A stretch of DNA of 63,708 nt, the filler included, from Craspedostauros australis (lineage: Eukaryota), in the NCBI GenBank assembly GCA_030167865.1. It is 12 parts of 12 records of this genome, joined end to end, with 100 filler letters (N's around TTAATTAATTAA, not from the genome) between each part and the next. Parts side by side here need not be neighbours in the genome. Positions count along the whole stretch, not along the records: positions 57,529 to 60,769 come from JALAGF010002163.1; positions 60,870 to 62,042 come from JALAGF010002166.1; positions 62,143 to 63,708 come from JALAGF010002168.1; 9 more parts are not named here. One strand, written 5' to 3'. Below are positions 57,730-63,708 of this stretch, one piece after another. The translations under genes and the position numbers were made by a program. The notes beneath the pieces are model-generated. The model worked only from the letters and a program-made list of their open reading frames with translations. It ran no database searches and was not told the origin of the DNA. How positions within the stretch are numbered: position 1 is the stretch's first letter; each line of letters opens with the position of its first letter.

Positions 57730-60376
57730 GCCCCATTCCGAAATCCCCAGTTGTGTAGCTACATTTTTTCGAAAACATTTTGCATCCATCTTGATCGGAG
57801 CAGTGCTAAATTTTGTTTGGTGGAGTGGGGATGATTGTCTAGCTCGTGCACGCGTCATGGAATGAGCTGTGCCGCGGTCTGCAAGGGTTGAGTGAGATGA
57901 TTTGGTGCCACTGACCCAAAGAAACAGCGTTTCCTCCCGAGCGGCGCCTCATGACATAATCTGCTATCGTCTTGCTTCTACTCTCCCACGGCAAGGCTTC
58001 GGTCGTTGATGGCGTTGGTGTGGGTCTGGGAACAGACGATGAGAATTCTCTGGCGGGGAGGCATCCGTCACGGCAGAGTTGTGCAGACAAGCCCGAGGAG
58101 CAATTCGATGTGTCGACCTGCATCAAGCTTCATGTGTTACCTGGTAGAGCGGGTCTGCGAATCTCTGCGTTGGGATGGCTGACCTGCCACATGCTCTTCG
58201 AAACTTTCGTAGACGCTACCTCCCTCCCGCAATCGCGCCATCGTGGCACTGGTTGCGAAACAAGCCACGCTCATGGAATGTTCCATACAGAGCACGTGGA
58301 GTTACAATGTTGCCGAAATGGTTTCGTATCGCTCGGCCCTTCTACTTGCGGATGCGCTCCTTCGTCACATTGTGAATCCCCTAAATCCTGGAGAAAGTCC
58401 TTCAGATTTCACTGAGAGTAAAGGAGGAGTGAACCTCATGATTCGTACACATGTCCAACATGCTCCACCTGTCGCGAGATGATTGTGCGACGACGAAGAT
58501 ACAGCAAAGCAAGTTGGACCAACGACCATCCCGAGCTCCTCTCATGCTCGTACTACTTCAAAAGAATTCCGTCTCTTTGCATTGGTGGAAAAGGTTGAAA
58601 CAAGGCACAGCACTGTGCCGACCTGCTCTTCGAAGCTGGGCCAGGACGAGGGTCCACGTAGATGCCTATACCGTGCGTTGTTTTGATGGCCGCCGTGCTT
58701 CAGCAGTGGGGCCTGGGAGCATGGGGCACCGTACTGTTGGGTGACGAATCACTGATCTTGGTTCGAACAAAGTTGAGTGCAGATGTTGACTTTGTTCCAG
58801 ATCCAGAGTTCCACACCGTCGACGAGGAGCGGATCCTTCATGAAGAGGGAGAGGGAGAGGATCAGCTGGAGTTGCATGATGCACACTTGGGTCATCGCAT
58901 GGAATCATTCATCTTCCTCAGAGCAGGAGAGGCTGGAATGGAGGCAAGGCATAGTTGTGCGTTATCGTCATGATTCTTTGGACGAGTTGACTCCTAACCT
59001 CCCGTCTGAGCTTGTTGGTAGACAATATGGTACCGCTCAATGGTGTGGATACGCCTCCTATGGTACTGTGTGGAAACTTGAAACGTTCCCTTTTTGAATG
59101 ATTTACCGTAACTTACACATGATGCGGCTTTGATATCTCCGAACATCGACCGATTGAGGTATATCAGGATACTTATTATCCGCATCCCCCGAGTCGATGC
59201 CACACTTCTTTGTAACAACTTATCTACCGCATGTCCCACAATCGTGTTGTCGGACGTTGAATCGGCCTAGACTTAAACAATGTGTCTGCAAGACAAGACA
59301 TATCACACTCCAACGGTGTCTGCGAATTCTCACAATTTCATCTTGTTCAGGACAAAATAGCCCAGTAGCTTACTGGATTATATTATATGACCGAAATGAC
59401 GATGATTCTTCTTCCTACGTCTCCACATTACCAAAATCGCATGAGTTGGAAACAGCATAGTGGGATCGTTGATCGTATGGCCGTTGCGACAATCGGAAAT
59501 GACGGCATGGTTCAGCGAAAGTTCCATAAATACAGATTGCATTCGGGACCATTCACTGCTCGCCCCTCGTATCAACACTGACAGCGATCATGGTTGTGCT
59601 CATGATCGCCATTGGCAGGATCGCTGCTTGTCCTTTTGCGGACCTATACTTGGGCTGTTGTATGGTTGGTAACTTGCATGGGCACCATTGTGCCGTTGGT
59701 GAGAGGATACAGATTTGAGTTTCACACTGAGCGGTCAACCTGATCTTGCGCTCGAGGTGAAGCTCCCGTCTCTCTTCCTGCGAAAAGATCAATACAACGC
59801 GGCAGGGGCCCAAGGTTCGGTAAGCCGGGGGAGCGCTGATCAAATGCTCTTGCCGAAGGCGCTGCATCCGACAGGAGCCCGCGCTGACCCTCACTGGTAC
59901 AAGATACCACGCGGATGACCGTTCCGCTAGTCCTTGGGGACGTGATGCTTCATCATCACGACACGGATCCACCACAACCGTCCGCACCGGCACTCGCAAA
60001 ATGGCGCGAATTGGGGCGAAGGATCTGTCATGTTCCAAGATCCGTCGCTCTCCGTGCCTTGGGATGATCGCCATCAAGCAGGATGGCACACGCACAATTG
60101 AGACAAGACCACTGGACGCTCATTCAAAGCAGGGACAAGGGATTGGTTCGATAGGTAATTTCTATTTGCAACAACTTAATGCTCCAAAGTTCTCTCTATT
60201 TGGAAATGTAAACCGGCATGTGCATGTTCGCGGAAATGCTCGGGGTGCTGCTTGGCTGTGCGGCGTAGCGCTGCAATGATGTGGGCAGAAGACCGAGATG
60301 CAATACTGCGTTTTGTGTTCCTCCTGTGACCAGGCGGGGACGAGATGGCCAACCTTCGGCGCCTATGCAAAGATGC

Positions 60377-60769
60377 TTAGAAGCACTTGCGGTGGACGAT
60401 GGATGGGCCGGACTCGTCGTACTCCTCCTTGCTGATCCACATGCTCTGGAATGTAGACAGGGAAGCGAGGATGGATCCTCCGATCCACACGGAGTACTTT
60501 CGCTCCGGTGGGGCCACGATCTTGACCTTGATGGAGGCTGGGGCGAGGGCGGTGATCTCCTTCGACATGCGCTCGCTNNNNNNNNNNNNNNNNNNNNNNN
60601 NNNNNNNNNNNNNNNNNNNNNNNNNNNNNTCCTTGCGGATATCGACATCGCACTTCATGATGGTCTGGAAGGTGGAGTCGCCAACACCGTCCATTTCGAG
60701 ACCAGTCAAGTTAGGCTGGAACAGGACCTCTGGGCAACGGAAGCGCTCGTTTCCAATCACGATGATGTT
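60377..60769 (-). CDS. ACT: Actin, 3' fragment (copy 2, convergent)
   Basis: [19 protein letters not shown]...[10 protein letters not shown] [N gap of about the size of the missing DLY..PGI codons] SERMSKE...HRKCF*. Confidence 0.97.
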   Translation of the reverse strand, partial: NIIVIGNERFRCPEVLFQPNLTGLEMDGVGDSTFQTIMKCDVDIRKXXXXXXXXXXXXXXXXXXSERMSKEITALAPASIKVKIVAPPERKYSVWIGGSILASLSTFQSMWISKEEYDESGPSIVHRKCF

Positions 60770-60869
60770 NNNNNNNNNNNNNNNNNNNNNNNNNNNNNNN
60801 NNNNNNNNNNNNNTTAATTAATTAANNNNNNNNNNNNNNNNNNNNNNNNNNNNNNNNNNNNNNNNNNNN

Positions 60870-62042
60870 GGCTTGCGTACTATTCAATGGGCAGACACCC
60901 ACATACGTGGACGGACTGCGTTTGTTCGGCGAGGTTGGCATGGTGTTCATCGGAGGCCGAGTGATCAAGGCGAAATTGGACGATCGGTCCAAGCCTGCTA
61001 TGTTCGTCGGATACGGACAGTCACATGCGAGCGGTGTATACCGAATGATGAACCTCGCAACAGCAAGGATCCTAATCACACGAGACGTGACATGGATGAA
61101 CTAGTCGTATGGGCAATTCAAGGGTGTTGAGAATGCCAACAGATCGATGATACATGATCTGGAAGACGACGACTCTGACACTGGAGATGCATTCCAGAGA
61201 AAGAGAGTGACTTGGGGGCGAAGCTCGAATATCGCGAGGAACGCGAAGATCGGCGTCGCAGAGAGGAGCGGAAGAGCCGGACACACAAAAGGAGACACAA
61301 ATGACACCGCTCACGAGCAAGATGACTTGCTACCTACCCAAGGGGAAGAACCATCGAACAATGATAAGGGCAATGAATCCGGAAGGGACAATGACCATGC
61401 GGGGCGGATCGATTTGGCTACTAAGCAATCGAATGCACGCACTCCCGTGAGACCATTGGCGCGCGTACCGAGAATGGTGAGTGGCCTGGCCGGCTACAAC
61501 AACTCACCGATTCCCCAAGAGGAGAGGGAACGAGAATCAGAATCGGATTTGGAATTGGAGGCAGGCGAAGCATCAGCATCAGGGGATGAGGATGGCTACG
61601 ACACTGCGCAGGAGGCGATGATAGTCCCCGCGGCTACTGGAGGACCCAACTTCCACACAGATGGGTCGATGTTCAACAGGGACATCGCTGGCATGATGAT
61701 CGATACTACCCAAGGGAGGATGAGACTTATCGACTTCATCGCTGCAAGTCAAGATGTTGAGAACGAACGGAATGGTGAATGGTCCGAACAAGCCAACACG
61801 GCTGTGATGTTGGATCCAACGACGTTCGAGGAGTGCTGGGATCATGCTGATCCCGAAAAGAGAGAGAAGTGGCGTGGGGCTATCAACAAGGAGTTCACCG
61901 ACATGGCCAGAAGAGGAGTATGGCAGAAGATCAAGAAGAGCGAGATGCCAGACGATCAACGATGCGTGAAGACCAAGTGGGTGTTCAAGGAGAAGAGGAA
62001 CGGCGTGTTCCGCGCCCGACTGGTTGCATGTGGGTACTCCCA
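60870..62042 (+). mobile_element. Ty1/Copia pol fragment (post-integrase domain, linker, RT start) with in-frame TAG at 61102-61104
   Basis: LRLFGEVG..KAKLDDRSKPAMFVGY..GVYRMMNL..TRDVTW, then PTTFEECW..W..AINKEF..KTKWVFKEKRNGVFRARLVACGYS. Confidence 0.92.
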
Positions 62043-62141
62043 NNNNNNNNNNNNNNNNNNNNNNNNNNNNNNNNNNNNNNNNNNNNTTAATTAATTAANN
62101 NNNNNNNNNNNNNNNNNNNNNNNNNNNNNNNNNNNNNNNNN

Positions 62142-63708
62142 NGCCAACAGAACACAAATGGTGGATCTGGAAGACGACGACTTCGATGCCGGAGCAGCAC
62201 TCCGCAATACGAAGGTTACTTGGGAGCATGACACGAGTATCGCAAGAGAAGCGAAGACCGTATCATCTGATCGAAGCAGAGAGCCCGGAACCAACTACGA
62301 AGATACAGCAGGCTATGCATCGAAGCAAGATGAACTGCTACCTGCCCAAGGAGACGATCCATCGGACGATGAACACGACGATGAATCCGGAAGGGACGAC
62401 ACACGAGTGACTCGAAGACAAGCCGCGGAAGGCAGAGAGATCGAGCAACCCCCAGCGAGACCTGTGGCAAAGATGTCAAGAATGCTACGGGGTTTGGTCC
62501 CATACAACAACCCACCAGGATATGAATCCGACTCAGAATCAAGCAGTGGAGACGATGAACCAGCTGAAGCAACTGAGACGATCCCTGCAACTACGGGCGA
62601 ACGAGACTTCCATTCGAACATATCCATGTTCAATCGAGATGTGGCGAGTCTAATGATCGACACCACGGAAGGGAGAATGAGGCTGGATGAATTCATCGCA
62701 GCGAACCAACGAATCGAGAGAGGGGATTGGAACGAGACGTCCGAGCATGCATACACAGCCATGATGCTGGACCCTACCACCTTCGAGGAATGCTGGGATC
62801 ATGCGGATCCAGCGAAGCGAAAGAAATGGCGGGAGGCCATCGATAAGGAGTTCTACGATATGACGAGACGAGGAGTCTGGCAGAAGATCAAGAAGAGCAA
62901 GATGCCGAGAGATCGGCGATGTGTGAAGACGAAGTGGGTCTTCAAGGAGAAGAGGAATGGAGTCTTTCGCGCCAGGCTGGTTGCCTGTGGATACTCGCAG
63001 ATTGCTGGAGTGGATTTCTCCGCTCATCACGCACCAGTGATCCACGATGCAACATACCGAGTGATGCTGACTATGAAGATGCTACTGAAGACAGACAGCA
63101 TCATCATCGACTTCGAAACCGCCTTCCTGCATGGAGACCTTGAAGAAGAGATCTACATGCAATGCCCCAAGGGAATGGAGCACGAACCGGACGAATGCCT
63201 GCTGCTGAAAAAGACCATCTACGGGTTGGTTCAAAGCGCAAGGCAATGGAATAAGAAGCTTGTGGACATCCTGATCAAGCTTGGCTTCCGGCAGAGCAAG
63301 GTGGACCCATGCCTGCTAATTCGGAATCGGGAAGGGAANCTCGTCCTCATCGGGACGTACGTCGATGANTGCNTNTGCATCGGAAGCACCCTCGAACTGA
63401 AGCGACTGGTGAAGGACATCAAGCGCGAACGATTCGGAATCAAGATCGAGGATGGACTCGAAGACTACTTGAGTTGCCGGATCGAGTTCAACGAAAGCGA
63501 AACCAACTGCTGGGTGAACCAGCCACACATCATCAAGAACATCACAGACACATTCAAAAGCGATGTGACGAAGCTTCAACGATATGGAACCCCAGGTACA
63601 CCAGGCCAAGGGATCCAGAGGAATAGTGAAGCACCCAAGGTCGACAAGGATCGACACAGCAGATACCGCAGTGGAGTGGGCATGCTACTATACCTGGTGA
63701 AGCATTCG
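62142..63708 (+). mobile_element. Ty1/Copia reverse transcriptase, open to the window end (absent from the ORF track)
   Basis: My translation: RARLVACGYSQIAGVDF, IDFETAFLHGDLEEEIYM, LKKTIYGLVQSARQW, DPCL, TYVD(D), DYLSC, YRSGVGMLLYLVKHS. Confidence 0.95.

Noticed and set aside
57730..60376. A gene between the two actins
   Set aside because: No ORF with coherent composition on either strand.

Overview
Eukaryotic nuclear DNA, most likely from a diatom (inferred from diatom-type actin, CoDi-like Copia, Ambal-like LINEs and protein style; not confirmed by any search). The window is a concatenation of contigs joined by 100-nt N spacers that contain the artificial linker TTAATTAATTAA. Contig overlaps suggest the order and orientation after 26.9 kb are unreliable. 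1-25 kb is one gene-dense contig with nine genes whose exons I rebuilt from GT-AG junctions: a tristetraprolin-like tandem CCCH protein with a NOT1-binding-like motif, a small ankyrin protein, a tropinone-reductase-like SDR, a hydroxylysine-kinase-like phosphotransferase, a WW-less Pin1, a ~1095-aa Q-rich coiled-coil protein, topoisomerase III alpha, a WDR53-like WD40 protein and a small conserved unknown protein. 27-51 kb is a nest of decayed transposons: a Copia host carrying two ~800-bp TGT..ACA solo-LTR-like families with clean 6-bp target-site duplications, a Sola3-like DNA transposase and RNase H-bearing Ambal-like non-LTR elements. All five copies of one LTR family abut or sit inside other transposons. 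53-64 kb holds a 20-repeat ankyrin protein, a truncated membrane protein, two convergent near-identical actin 3' ends and two Copia pol fragments. I found no clearly new multi-gene system. The best leads are the 6-bp-TSD LTR families that appear to target other TEs, the TTP/NOT1 module, the Sola3-like element and the homogenised actin pair.
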